Source of the DNA: Thermoanaerobaculia bacterium
GTDB taxonomy: Bacteria > Acidobacteriota > Thermoanaerobaculia > Multivoradales > UBA5704
Assembly: GCA_044226625.1 (NCBI GenBank)
Contig: JBGAGQ010000020.1
Location: forward strand, 1-64,000
Length of the DNA: 64,000 nt
Direction of reading: 5' to 3'
The notes below the pieces were generated by a model. The model was given only the letters and a program-made list of their open reading frames with translations, had not been told where the DNA came from and ran no database searches. How positions within the stretch are numbered: the first letter of the stretch is position 1; every line of letters starts with the position of its first letter. The position numbers and the translations under genes were made by a program. This document shows, one piece after another, positions 36,594 to 46,127 of this stretch.

Positions 36594-38654
36594 ATGGCGA
36601 TCTCCCGGAACACCCAGACCCAACTCTCCAAAGGCGACTTTTCGGCCATCGAGTCCGATTGGCTGGCGAAGTCCGAGTCCTCTCCGGAGGACCTCGATTA
36701 TTTCGTCGGCGTCGCCCGCGCGCTGATCGGCAACGGCGAGGACGACCGCGCCGCCACGCTGCTCGAGATGCTCGACGACGAGCTCAAAACGAAAGAGCTC
36801 TGGCGCGTCCGCCTGAAGCTCCTGTCGCGCGCCGGCTCGCTCTTCATCGCGGGCGAAAAGCTGCACGCGGCGATCATGGCGACGCTCAAGCGGCTCCACG
36901 GCGCGCGCCCGAGCTTCCAGGGCCTGGCCGAGGCGGCCGGCCTGACCCGGGCGACCCACGATCTGCCCAAGACATGGGAGAAGGTCGAGCGCTTCGAGAG
37001 CTTGCTCGCGTTCGACATCGGCTCGGTCGTCATGATGGAGGGCAAAGGGGTCGGCCGCGTCGTCGAGGTCAATCTCGGCCTGGAGAGCTTCAAGGTCGAT
37101 TTCGAGCGGATTCGCGGCATGAACGTCGGCTTCAAAGCCGCGGCGAAGCTGCTGCGTCCGCTCGAGCCCGATCACATCCTGCGCCGGAAGCTCGAGGCGC
37201 CGGACGCCCTCAAGGCGCTCGCCAAGGAGCGCCCTTCCGAGCTGCTGCGCGGCGTCCTGGTGAGCTTCGGGCGGCCGCTCAACGCGACCGAAATCCGCGA
37301 AGCGCTCGCGGGCGTCGTCACCGAAGCGCAGTGGACCGGTTTCTGGAACGCCGCGCGCAAACATCCGCAGGTGGTGGCGGCAGGCACCGGCAAGCAGACC
37401 TACCGGTGGGCCGAGACCAGCGCCGACGCGCTCGACGACGTCTGGCGTTCGTTCAGCCGCGCCGAGCCCCGACGGAAGATCGAGCTGTTCCGACGCGACG
37501 CCGGGCGCGACGCTGCCCTCGCCGGAAAGATGGCCGAAGATCTCGGCCGGATCGCCGAGAGCGTCAACGACACCGAGCCCGGCCTCGCCTGGGAGATCTG
37601 GTTCAACCTGGAGCGCCAGGTCGGCGCGCCGGAGGGTGTCGATTGGGCCCCCGACGCGCTACTCCAAGACGCCGAACCGCGACGCCTGGCGGGAGGGATC
37701 GAGGACCGCCTTCTGCGCGAGCGCGCCTACGCGATGTGGCGCGAGAAGAGCGAGCGCTGGCCCGAGATCTTCCGCGACCTGTTCGGCATCGAACAGGATC
37801 CGCGGGCGCTCGACCTGCTCGCCGACGGCCTCGCGGTCGCCGCGCCCAAGGACTACGAGCGGATCCTCGACGGTCTCCTCTCCCAGCCGCATCGCCAGCC
37901 GGCCGCCTTCGCCTGGCTCGCCGAGCGGGCGGCGACCGACGAATCGCTGCGCGCGCGCAACCCGCTGCGCCTAATGCAGCAGATCTTCACCGCCGTCACA
38001 CGGGACGAGTTCACCTCCGTCCGGCTGCGCCTGCTCGCGCTGGTCGAATCGGGGAGCACGGTGCCGCGTCTGCTCTCGCATCTCTCCGAGACGCAGGCCC
38101 CGCAGGCCTTCGACGCGGTCGAACGGGCCGCGGCCCTCGAGCCCTATCAGCGCCAGCAGCTCGCGAACGCCCTCGAACTCCGCTTCGCCTCGCTGCGTAA
38201 GGACGACGAGACACCGCTCTACGCCCTGCGCGGCTCGATCGAGGAGAAACGCCAGGAGCTCCAGAAGCTGCTCACGATCGAGATCCCGGCGAACCGCAAG
38301 GCGATCGAAGAGGCGCGCGCGCTCGGCGACCTGCGCGAGAACTTCGAGTACAAGTCGGCGCGCCAGCGCCACGAGTACCTGAACGCCCGCGCCGCGTCGC
38401 TGAACGGCGATCTCACCCGAGTCCGTCCGATCGAGCCCCCTTCCGACCTCTCGGAGGTCCGCATCGGCACCCGCGCGAACCTCGCGGGCGGCCGGACCCT
38501 GACGCTGCTCGGCCCCTGGGAAAGCCAGCCCGAGCAGGACGTCATCTCCTACGAGTCGGACCTGGGTAAATCGATCCTCGGCTTGAAGGCCGGCGGCGAC
38601 ATCGAGCTCGACGGCACCAAGTTCCGCATCGAGTCGGTCGAGTCGGCAGTTTAG
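36594..38654 (+). CDS. greA: Large GreA/GreB-family transcription elongation factor (686 aa, long N-terminal extension)
   Basis: C-terminal EIPANRKAIEEARALGDLRENFEYKSAR and TLLGPWES..ISYESDLGKSILG; start MAISRN at 36594. Confidence 0.88.
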   Translation: MAISRNTQTQLSKGDFSAIESDWLAKSESSPEDLDYFVGVARALIGNGEDDRAATLLEMLDDELKTKELWRVRLKLLSRAGSLFIAGEKLHAAIMATLKRLHGARPSFQGLAEAAGLTRATHDLPKTWEKVERFESLLAFDIGSVVMMEGKGVGRVVEVNLGLESFKVDFERIRGMNVGFKAAAKLLRPLEPDHILRRKLEAPDALKALAKERPSELLRGVLVSFGRPLNATEIREALAGVVTEAQWTGFWNAARKHPQVVAAGTGKQTYRWAETSADALDDVWRSFSRAEPRRKIELFRRDAGRDAALAGKMAEDLGRIAESVNDTEPGLAWEIWFNLERQVGAPEGVDWAPDALLQDAEPRRLAGGIEDRLLRERAYAMWREKSERWPEIFRDLFGIEQDPRALDLLADGLAVAAPKDYERILDGLLSQPHRQPAAFAWLAERAATDESLRARNPLRLMQQIFTAVTRDEFTSVRLRLLALVESGSTVPRLLSHLSETQAPQAFDAVERAAALEPYQRQQLANALELRFASLRKDDETPLYALRGSIEEKRQELQKLLTIEIPANRKAIEEARALGDLRENFEYKSARQRHEYLNARAASLNGDLTRVRPIEPPSDLSEVRIGTRANLAGGRTLTLLGPWESQPEQDVISYESDLGKSILGLKAGGDIELDGTKFRIESVESAV

Positions 38655-38666
38655 GGGCGCTCGGAC

Positions 38667-39326
38667 TTAGCTGCCGTTCCACAGCTCCAGCGTGTCCCGC
38701 TGGTCGCGGAGGAGGACTCTCTCCCCTCCGGAGAGCAGGTAGCCGAGATCGCGGAAACGGGCGAGCAGGCGCCGGCCCGCCGGGCTCGAGGCGAGGACGA
38801 CGCGGTGCGGATCGCGCTCCCGGATCCCTTCTTCCACCCAGAGGTTGTCGTCGTTCCACACGAAGGTCCGCCCGGCGACCTCGCTGGTCGTCGGAGGCTG
38901 GAACATGTAGCCCTGACTGGTGACGCTCACCACCTCCCGCGGCGCCTTCAAGGCGAGCGCCTGGGCGCGCTCGGCCGAGAAATCGCGGAGCAGGCCGACG
39001 GCGATCAACGCCACGGCCGCCGTAGCGAGGGTGGCGAGACCTCCCCACCCGCTCGCGAGGCGAGCGAACAGGGACCGGCGCGGCGCGGGTGGGCTGCCCG
39101 CGGCCAAGACCGAAAGGCGCACCCGCTGGGCGAGATCGGCCGGCGGCGCCGAGCGCGGGATCTCGGCGAGGCGCGAGACCGTGACGCGAAGGCGCCCCAG
39201 ACGAGCCCGACAGTCGGGGCACGATTCGAGGTGCAGGTCGAGCCGCCGTCGCTCAGCGAGCGGCAGCTCGCGGTCGAGATACGCCGAGGCGACCTCGGTC
39301 GAGACGTGTTGCGATGGGCGATTCAT
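38667..39326 (-). CDS. Zinc-binding (zf-HC2) membrane anti-sigma factor
   Basis: SAYLDREL...HLESCPDC motif, one TM helix, 4-bp overlap with the ECF gene. Confidence 0.88.
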   Translation of the reverse strand: MNRPSQHVSTEVASAYLDRELPLAERRRLDLHLESCPDCRARLGRLRVTVSRLAEIPRSAPPADLAQRVRLSVLAAGSPPAPRRSLFARLASGWGGLATLATAAVALIAVGLLRDFSAERAQALALKAPREVVSVTSQGYMFQPPTTSEVAGRTFVWNDDNLWVEEGIRERDPHRVVLASSPAGRRLLARFRDLGYLLSGGERVLLRDQRDTLELWNGS

Positions 39327-39913
39327 GACGGGTTCTCCAGCAAGTCGCGCAGGCGTTCCCGCCCGCGCGCGATTCGCGAGCGCACGGTGCCGATCGGCAC
39401 GCCGAGCGCGGCGGAGATTTCTTCGTAGGCCAACCCTTCGAGGTCGCGGAGCACCACGGCCTCGCGGAATTCGATCGGCAAGCGGCCGAGCGCCTCGCTG
39501 ACGCGGCGCCCGTCGTCGGAGGCGACGGCGAGATCCTCAGGACCTCGGCCGAGATCCGGTAGCGGCTGGGCGGTCTCCTCTCCCTCTTCGAACAAGCGGA
39601 GGAACGACCGGCGGCCGCCGCCGCTCAAACGCCCGCGGCAATGGTTGAGGGCGATCCGGTATACCCAGGTGCGCAGGGCGGACCGGCCACCGAAACCGCC
39701 GAGATGGCGGTAGATGCGTAGGAAGATTTCCTGGGACAGATCGGCGGCCCGGTCGGCGTCGCCGGCCAAGCGGAGGGTCAGATTCCAGACCATCTCGGCA
39801 AACTGGGAGTAGACCTCGTCGAAAGCCGTGCGGTCGCCGGCCCGATGCCGTTCGACCAGCTCGAGCTCGGCGTCCCGTACCTCGGTGGAGGTGGAGATCA
39901 AGGCGACGCTCAC
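39323..39913 (-). CDS. ECF sigma-70 factor (SigW/RpoE-like)
   Basis: DLSQEIFLRIY, TWVYRIALNHC, LAYEEISAALGVPIGTVRSRIARGR. Confidence 0.94.
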   Translation of the reverse strand: MSVALISTSTEVRDAELELVERHRAGDRTAFDEVYSQFAEMVWNLTLRLAGDADRAADLSQEIFLRIYRHLGGFGGRSALRTWVYRIALNHCRGRLSGGGRRSFLRLFEEGEETAQPLPDLGRGPEDLAVASDDGRRVSEALGRLPIEFREAVVLRDLEGLAYEEISAALGVPIGTVRSRIARGRERLRDLLENPS

Positions 39914-40047
39914 CGGGTCCTCCCCGGCCCCGATCCCGGTACGGCTCGGGGCCTCAACGCAAGCTTAGACCCATCGGCCCCCGAAATGGTTCCCGACCTT
40001 CTGGCGTCGGGGCCGACGCGCCCCCTGTCGTAGACTCGAACGCCACG

Positions 40048-42468
40048 ATGACCCTCCCTTTCGGCCCGCCTCCGCCCAGCGACTCGGTCGAGAGCCTCCA
40101 GGGAGCGATCGAGCGGATCGTCTTCCAGAACCCCGAGACCGGTTGGACGGTGCTGCGCCTGGCCACCACGCGAGGGCGAGAGCCGACCACCGTGGTCGGA
40201 TCGCTCGCCGGAGTCCAACCGGGCGAAACGCTTCGGCTCGAGGGCAAGTTCCTCCACGACCCGAAGTTCGGCCGCCAGTTCCGCGCCTTGTCGTTCCAGA
40301 CCGTCGCCCCGTCCACCCTCGTCGGTATCGAGCGCTATCTCGCCTCGGGGATGATCCGCGGCGTCGGGGTTGAAATGGCGAAACGGATCGTCGCTCGCTT
40401 CGGCCTGGAGACGCTCGAGGTGATCGAGCGCTCGCCGGACCGCCTGACCGAGGTGGCCGGGATCGGCTCGAAACGGAGCGCCGACATCCGGCGCGCCTGG
40501 GACGAGCAGAAGGGCGTGCGCGAGCTGATGGTCTTCCTCCAGTCGCACGGCGTCTCGACCGGCAACGCCAACCGGATCTACCGGCGCTTCGGCTCGGACG
40601 CGCTCGCGGTGGTGCGCGAGGACCCGTTCCGGCTCGCCTCCGAGGTGTTCGGCATCGGGTTCAAGAGCGCCGATCGGATCGCCTCGGCGCTCGGCCTCGC
40701 TGCCGACGCCCCACGCCGGCTTCAAGCCGGGCTGCTCCACGCGCTCACCGAGGGGAGCGAGCGGGGACATCTCTACCTCCCGAGGGAGCGGCTGTTCGCC
40801 GAGGCCGCGGCCCTGCTCGGAGGCGTCCAGCCCGAGGCGCTCGACCGGGCGCTCGAGGCGATCGCCGCCTCCGGCCAGGCCGTGGTGGAGCGGGGCGGAT
40901 CCGGAGAGTCGGCCCTTCCCACGGCGCGGCCGAGCGAAACCGCGGTCTATCTCGCCGCCCTCCACGCCGCCGAAACGACGCTCGCCCAGAGGCTCCGGGG
41001 CCTCGTCTTCGGCCCGCCGCCGTCCCGTCCCCTCGAGATCGATCCGGACCGGGCCCTCGGCTGGCTGAGCAAGAAACAAGGGATCGAGCTCGCCGACCAG
41101 CAGCGGGAGGCGATCCGCCGGAGCCTCCTGAGCCAGCTCCTGGTGATCACCGGCGGCCCGGGCACGGGCAAGACCACGTTGATTCGCGGCCTCGTCCGCA
41201 TCCTGACCAAGAAAGGGATCAAAGTGGCGCTCGCCGCGCCCACCGGCCGGGCGGCCAAACGGCTCACCGAGGCGACCGGCGTCGAGGCCTCGACGCTCCA
41301 CCGCCTGCTCGAGTTCGATCCCCGCCTGCGCCGCTTCCAACGCGGTGCCGAGCTGCCGCTCGACGCCGAGGTCGCGATCGTCGACGAGGCCTCGATGGTC
41401 GACGCCCAGCTCGCCGCGAGCCTCGCGCAGGCGATCCCTCCTCGCGGCCGCCTGATTTTGGTGGGCGACGTCGACCAGCTCCCCTCGGTCGGTCCGGGGA
41501 GCGTGCTCGGCGATCTGATCCGTTCCGGCGTGGTGGACGTGGTACGCCTGACCGAGATCTTCCGCCAGGCCGGCGAGAGCGCGATCGTGGTCAACGCCCA
41601 CCGGGTCAACCGCGGCGAGATCCCGACCTCCGCCCCCGCGGGGAGCGATTTCTTCCTCATCGAGCGGCGCGATCCCGAGGAGATCGCCCGGACGGTCGAG
41701 CAGCTGGTCGCCGAGCGGATCCCCGCGAGCTTCGGTTTCGATCCGATCGCCGAGATTCAGGTCCTGGCGCCGATGAACCGCGGGCCGATCGGCGTCGAGA
41801 GCCTGAACGCGGGGTTGCGCGCCCGGCTGAATCCCGGCGGCGCGCCGATCGAGCATGGCGGGCGGGGCTTCCGGGTGGGCGACAAGGTGATGCAGATCCG
41901 CAACGATTACGACCTGGAAGTATGGAACGGCGATCTCGGCCGCATCGCCTCGGTCGACGAGGAGGGAGCGAAGGTGACCGTCAGCTTCGAGGGCCGGCAG
42001 GTCGACTACGCCCCGGAAGATCTCGACCAGCTGCAGCTCGCCTACGCCACCACGATCCACAAGTCCCAGGGCAGCGAATACCCCTGCGTCGTCGTGCCGC
42101 TCCACAGCCAGCACCACCTGCTGCTCCAGAGGAACCTGCTCTATACGGCGATCACCCGGGCGCGGCGTCTCGCGGTCTTGGTCGGAGAGCCGCGGGCGCT
42201 CGCTGCGGCGGTCGCAAACCGCCGCGGCGAGCCCCGTTTCACCCGCCTGGCCGAACGGCTACACCCTCAGCCGGCCGGCTCGGTGGGTGGTTTGGGCGCC
42301 GCTTCCTCAGCCGGCTCGTTCGCGGGCTCCTCCTCCGGCAAGGAGGTCGGAGAAGGATCGAGCGGAGCGTCGATCGGATCGACCGAATCGAAGCGTTCGA
42401 CACCGACACCGGGGTCGACCGGCGCGATCGGCGGCAGCGGCGGCACCGGAGCGAGCGGCGCTTCGTAA
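40048..42468 (+). CDS. recD2: ATP-dependent RecD2-like DNA helicase
   Basis: N-terminal OB and HhH regions, TGGPGTGKT, APTGRAAKR, DEASM, GDVDQLPSVGPG, YATTIHKSQGSE, LLYTAITRA. Confidence 0.95.
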   Translation: MTLPFGPPPPSDSVESLQGAIERIVFQNPETGWTVLRLATTRGREPTTVVGSLAGVQPGETLRLEGKFLHDPKFGRQFRALSFQTVAPSTLVGIERYLASGMIRGVGVEMAKRIVARFGLETLEVIERSPDRLTEVAGIGSKRSADIRRAWDEQKGVRELMVFLQSHGVSTGNANRIYRRFGSDALAVVREDPFRLASEVFGIGFKSADRIASALGLAADAPRRLQAGLLHALTEGSERGHLYLPRERLFAEAAALLGGVQPEALDRALEAIAASGQAVVERGGSGESALPTARPSETAVYLAALHAAETTLAQRLRGLVFGPPPSRPLEIDPDRALGWLSKKQGIELADQQREAIRRSLLSQLLVITGGPGTGKTTLIRGLVRILTKKGIKVALAAPTGRAAKRLTEATGVEASTLHRLLEFDPRLRRFQRGAELPLDAEVAIVDEASMVDAQLAASLAQAIPPRGRLILVGDVDQLPSVGPGSVLGDLIRSGVVDVVRLTEIFRQAGESAIVVNAHRVNRGEIPTSAPAGSDFFLIERRDPEEIARTVEQLVAERIPASFGFDPIAEIQVLAPMNRGPIGVESLNAGLRARLNPGGAPIEHGGRGFRVGDKVMQIRNDYDLEVWNGDLGRIASVDEEGAKVTVSFEGRQVDYAPEDLDQLQLAYATTIHKSQGSEYPCVVVPLHSQHHLLLQRNLLYTAITRARRLAVLVGEPRALAAAVANRRGEPRFTRLAERLHPQPAGSVGGLGAASSAGSFAGSSSGKEVGEGSSGASIGSTESKRSTPTPGSTGAIGGSGGTGASGAS

Positions 42469-44045
42469 GGGTCGGGCGGCAGGTCGTTGCCGCCGCGCGA
42501 CCGGCGCGGCCCCATCGCGAAGCGGGTGAGGACCACGCCGCCGAAGCCGAAGGTCCAAGCCGCGTAGGCGATCAGGAACCCGGTGAGGGAGAAGAACCAG
42601 CCGAAGGCGTCGAGCGGCCCCGAGCCGAGGTGCAGCAGCTTGCCGAAGATTCGGCAGACCTCGATCGTGAATAGACCGACCAGGGCGGTCGCCACGGCGC
42701 TGCCGAAGCGGCGGTCGAAACGGTGCTCGATCAAGCGGCCGACCCGCAGCGAGAAGGCGCTGAATCCGACCAGGCCGCCGAGGATCAGGGCGAGGAAGAG
42801 GAAGGGGTAGAGGATCAGCAGCGGGATCCCGATGATCGACACCACCAACACCACTGTGACCAGGACGAACAGCGGGATGAACAGCAGCTGCGAGAGCAGG
42901 CCCGCGAGCCCGGCGAGCCAGAAGTCGCTCGCGAGCTTCGCCTCGACGCGCGCCACGGGCTCGCGGCCGACGACCACCGTGACCGCCACGAGCAGGGCTA
43001 GCAGCGCGAGGGTGAGGATCGACCACATCAGGCGCATCGCCCCGGCGAACGGGCCCCACCAGGGCCAGAAGTCGCGATCGCGCCCACCACCGATGTGGAT
43101 GCCCGGACCGATCCCGGCGGCCTCGTTGATCTGACCGTGCACCTTGGCCCCGGGCTCCCGTTCGACCGTGCCACCGACGCTCGTGACGTCGCCGTCGATC
43201 TCGGCTTTCGGCCCGAGCCGGACGTCGCCGCCCACCGACGTGACATCCCCGCCGACGCGGCCGTTGATCCGCACGTCGCCGCCGATCGCGCTCACCTCTT
43301 CCCGGACCGCGCCGTCGACGGCCGCCGAGCCGCCGATCACCACCACCTGCTCGGCCTCTTCGTTGGCGTCGACCCGGGCGTTGCCGGTGAACCGCACGAT
43401 GGTGCCGAGGTGGACGTCGGCATCCTCGTTCCACTTCGATTCGCTGTCCGGCGGCTCGGGGGGCGCGGGCGGGGACGGCACGTCCGATGGCGAGGGGAGC
43501 TCGGTCGGGGTCGAATCCGCCGGTTCGCCCGAATCCACCTCCTCGTCGCCGGGATCGGTGCTCGAGTCCGCGCTTGCCCCCGAAGAATCCGCGGACGACT
43601 CGGCGCTACCCGACAAACCGAACAGAGCGCGGCGTTCGGGCGGGGTGAGGTCCAGGAGCTTCAGCAGCGGCCCGGCGTCTTCCCCTACCCAGGCGCGCAG
43701 CACCTCGCGGCTGACCCGCGCGCCGTTGACCGCGATCGAGCTGCCGTTCACCTCGATCGAGCGCACGCCCGACCGCTCGGTGCGGGGCCGCAGCACCACA
43801 CCGTCGCTCAAGGGAAGAACCTCGTAACGACTTTCGATCTCCTGCCGAAGCGGAGCGGTGGTCTGGTTCGCCCCGGTCGTCCCGGTCGTGGCCGTGGCCG
43901 CGGGCCGGCTGGAGGCGGTCGCCTGGGCCGCCATGGGAAGAGTGGCGGAAAGGTGTCCACAGAGCAGCAACAGCACCGCCGCCGCCGTCGGGCGAAGGGA
44001 TCGGAGGGCGCCGCGAAGAGTCAAAGGAAGCTCAAAGGTCGACAT
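42267..44045 (-). CDS. Membrane protein with bactofilin-like beta-helix repeats and multi-TM C-terminus
   Basis: Signal-like N-terminus; repeats VVVIGGSAAVDGAVREEVSAIGGDVRINGRVGGDVTSVGGDV; about six TM segments; GGAG before ATG 44045. Confidence 0.8.
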   Translation of the reverse strand: MSTFELPLTLRGALRSLRPTAAAVLLLLCGHLSATLPMAAQATASSRPAATATTGTTGANQTTAPLRQEIESRYEVLPLSDGVVLRPRTERSGVRSIEVNGSSIAVNGARVSREVLRAWVGEDAGPLLKLLDLTPPERRALFGLSGSAESSADSSGASADSSTDPGDEEVDSGEPADSTPTELPSPSDVPSPPAPPEPPDSESKWNEDADVHLGTIVRFTGNARVDANEEAEQVVVIGGSAAVDGAVREEVSAIGGDVRINGRVGGDVTSVGGDVRLGPKAEIDGDVTSVGGTVEREPGAKVHGQINEAAGIGPGIHIGGGRDRDFWPWWGPFAGAMRLMWSILTLALLALLVAVTVVVGREPVARVEAKLASDFWLAGLAGLLSQLLFIPLFVLVTVVLVVSIIGIPLLILYPFLFLALILGGLVGFSAFSLRVGRLIEHRFDRRFGSAVATALVGLFTIEVCRIFGKLLHLGSGPLDAFGWFFSLTGFLIAYAAWTFGFGGVVLTRFAMGPRRSRGGNDLPPDPYEAPLAPVPPLPPIAPVDPGVGVERFDSVDPIDAPLDPSPTSLPEEEPANEPAEEAAPKPPTEPAG

Positions 44046-44559
44046 AGGACCAACTCCTCTCACGTCGGATCAGGTTCTCAAGGAGGAGGAAGGCAGCGCC
44101 CGCCACGGCGGCCAGAATCGCGAGGCTCCAAAGCACCGTCGGGTGGTCGAAAGGAGCGATGAACGCCCGGCACATCGCACCCAGCGCGTTCGCCCAACCC
44201 GCGAGGGAGATCAACGCCGCCCCCAGCCGGTCGAGCAGATCGGCGGCGAGACGGACCCCTCCCTGCGCCGAGGGTCGCGGCAGGAGCATCCACACCAGGG
44301 GCAACACGAAGAGCACCGCGAATCCGGAGAGCGCCACGCCGCCGAGCAGCGAGGCGCGCGCCCACAGGTGCGAGAGCGCGTGGACCGGCCGTGCTTCTTC
44401 CCGGGTCCGGGTCATCACCCGGGCGGCGAATCCCGACGACGGCCAGCGCTCGGGCAGGTCCGCCATCAGCTCGGCGAGCGCCGCCTCGGCGACCTCGTCG
44501 TCGAGGTCGTCTTCGGCAGCCAGCCATCGCGTCAGGTGCTCGGGGGTCGAACGGTTCAT
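44032..44559 (-). CDS. Putative membrane anti-sigma factor
   Basis: Directly downstream of an ECF gene; PSSGFAARVM motif typical of anti-sigma linkers; two to three TM helices. Confidence 0.6.
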   Translation of the reverse strand: MNRSTPEHLTRWLAAEDDLDDEVAEAALAELMADLPERWPSSGFAARVMTRTREEARPVHALSHLWARASLLGGVALSGFAVLFVLPLVWMLLPRPSAQGGVRLAADLLDRLGAALISLAGWANALGAMCRAFIAPFDHPTVLWSLAILAAVAGAAFLLLENLIRRERSWSYVDL

Positions 44560-44654
44560 CGCGTCCTCCAACGAGCCTTACGGGCGCCGTGCGTTCGGAG
44601 TTTCGCCACCGCCGGTCGGACGCGTCGCGCCCGCCGGGACCTCCGGGATCCGCC

Positions 44655-45227
44655 TCAACGGCGGAGCGGGGCGGAGCCGGCCGGAGGGGCCGCGGCGGCA
44701 CCGCGCGGCCGAGGGCTCGGCCGCGAGAGGAACATCTGATGGCTCAGCGCGGCGAGGCACCGGTGGGTGATTTTACCCATGCTCGTCGCGCTGTAGCCCA
44801 GCTGCTCGGCGACTTCTTGCGGCTCGAAGCCGATCAGGAAACGGAGCCGCAACACTTTGCGGCACTTCGGGGGAAGCCGCTCGATCAGGCTCTCCAGGTC
44901 GGCGAGCAGCTGTTCCCGCTCCTGGGGCGGCGCGAGCGGGGTCGCGAGCCATTCGAGCAGCGTCTCGTCGACCGCGTTGTAGAGGCTCCGCCGCCGTTTG
45001 CGCCAATACATGAGGCATTTGCGCTTGAGCGTACCGAGCAGCCAAGCCTCGGGATCGTTGATTTCGTGCGCGGTGTAGAGAAGGGAGAAGAAAGTATCCT
45101 GAAACAGATCCGCGGCATCGTCGGTGGGGATCCGGTACGACCAGAGGAGACCCTTTAGCCTCGGCTCGACACGTTCCAGCAGCTCCTCGAACGAATGCGC
45201 CTGCTTTCCTGGATCCTTTTCCTGCAT
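44655..45227 (-). CDS. ECF sigma-70 factor
   Basis: DAADLFQDTF, EAWLLGTLKRKC, LPPKCRKVLRLRF..EVAEQLG. Confidence 0.85.
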   Translation of the reverse strand: MQEKDPGKQAHSFEELLERVEPRLKGLLWSYRIPTDDAADLFQDTFFSLLYTAHEINDPEAWLLGTLKRKCLMYWRKRRRSLYNAVDETLLEWLATPLAPPQEREQLLADLESLIERLPPKCRKVLRLRFLIGFEPQEVAEQLGYSATSMGKITHRCLAALSHQMFLSRPSPRPRGAAAAPPAGSAPLRR

Positions 45228-45338
45228 TTGTCTTGTCCAAAAGTTTCCAAAGACGGTATCACGAGAACCTTGCCAGGGCGAGCAACCCCACCCCGGCCTG
45301 GGCTCCCACGCTCTCGCCGCTCGGACAGGCCCCCCTTC

Positions 45339-46127
45339 TCAAGCCAGTTCGCGCAGCCGGTCGCGAACCAGTTGCATGTCCTCCCAGGTGGGGCGCTTGA
45401 GAGCGGGATTCCGCAGCAGGGCGGCCGGGTGGTAGGTCACCATGGCGGGAACCCCGAGGACGCGGAACCAGCGCCCGCGCATCCGGCCGATGGGATCCTC
45501 GTTGCCGAGGAGTGTCTGGGCCGCGATCCGGCCGAGGGCGACGATCACGCGCGGCTGGATCAGGGCGATCTGCCGTTCGAGGTACCCGCGGCAGGCCACC
45601 ACCTCGTCCGGCTGTGGGTCCCGGTTGCCGGGCGGCCGGCATTTGACGACGTTCGCGATGTAGACGTCCTCGCGGCGAAGGTCGATCGCCTGGACGATCC
45701 GGGTGAGCAGCTCCCCCGCCCGGCCGACGAAGGGCAATCCCTGCCGGTCCTCTTCGGCCCCCGGGCCTTCGCCGACGAACATCAGCTCCGCGGCGGGATT
45801 TCCGGAGCCGAACACGGTGCGGTTCCGTCCCTCGCTCAGCCGGCAGCGGGTGCAGGCCGATACCCGCTGCTCGATCTCGGCGAGCTCCGCCACGCGGGCC
45901 GCGAGGTCGGCCGGCGGCTGGCGGGCCGGCATGGGCCGCTCCGGCGCTGTCGTGGCCATGGCAGGAGCATCGCCCGGGGGCGTCGGGGTCTCCGGCGGGG
46001 CGCTCGTGGGAACTGGGGTGGCTCGGGCGTCGCCCATCGAGGCAGCCGCAGGGTAGATCTCCCCGTAGCCGATGTCGGCGAGGTATCCGAGCAGGTCGCG
46101 AAGCGCCGGATCGAGCGCGGCCATCAC
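45339..46127 (-). CDS. Uracil-DNA glycosylase, family 4 (4Fe-4S)
   Basis: CTRCRL, VGEGPGAEED, PFVGRAG, NVVKCRPPGNR, TYHPAALLR. Confidence 0.94.
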   Translation of the reverse strand: MMAALDPALRDLLGYLADIGYGEIYPAAASMGDARATPVPTSAPPETPTPPGDAPAMATTAPERPMPARQPPADLAARVAELAEIEQRVSACTRCRLSEGRNRTVFGSGNPAAELMFVGEGPGAEEDRQGLPFVGRAGELLTRIVQAIDLRREDVYIANVVKCRPPGNRDPQPDEVVACRGYLERQIALIQPRVIVALGRIAAQTLLGNEDPIGRMRGRWFRVLGVPAMVTYHPAALLRNPALKRPTWEDMQLVRDRLRELA

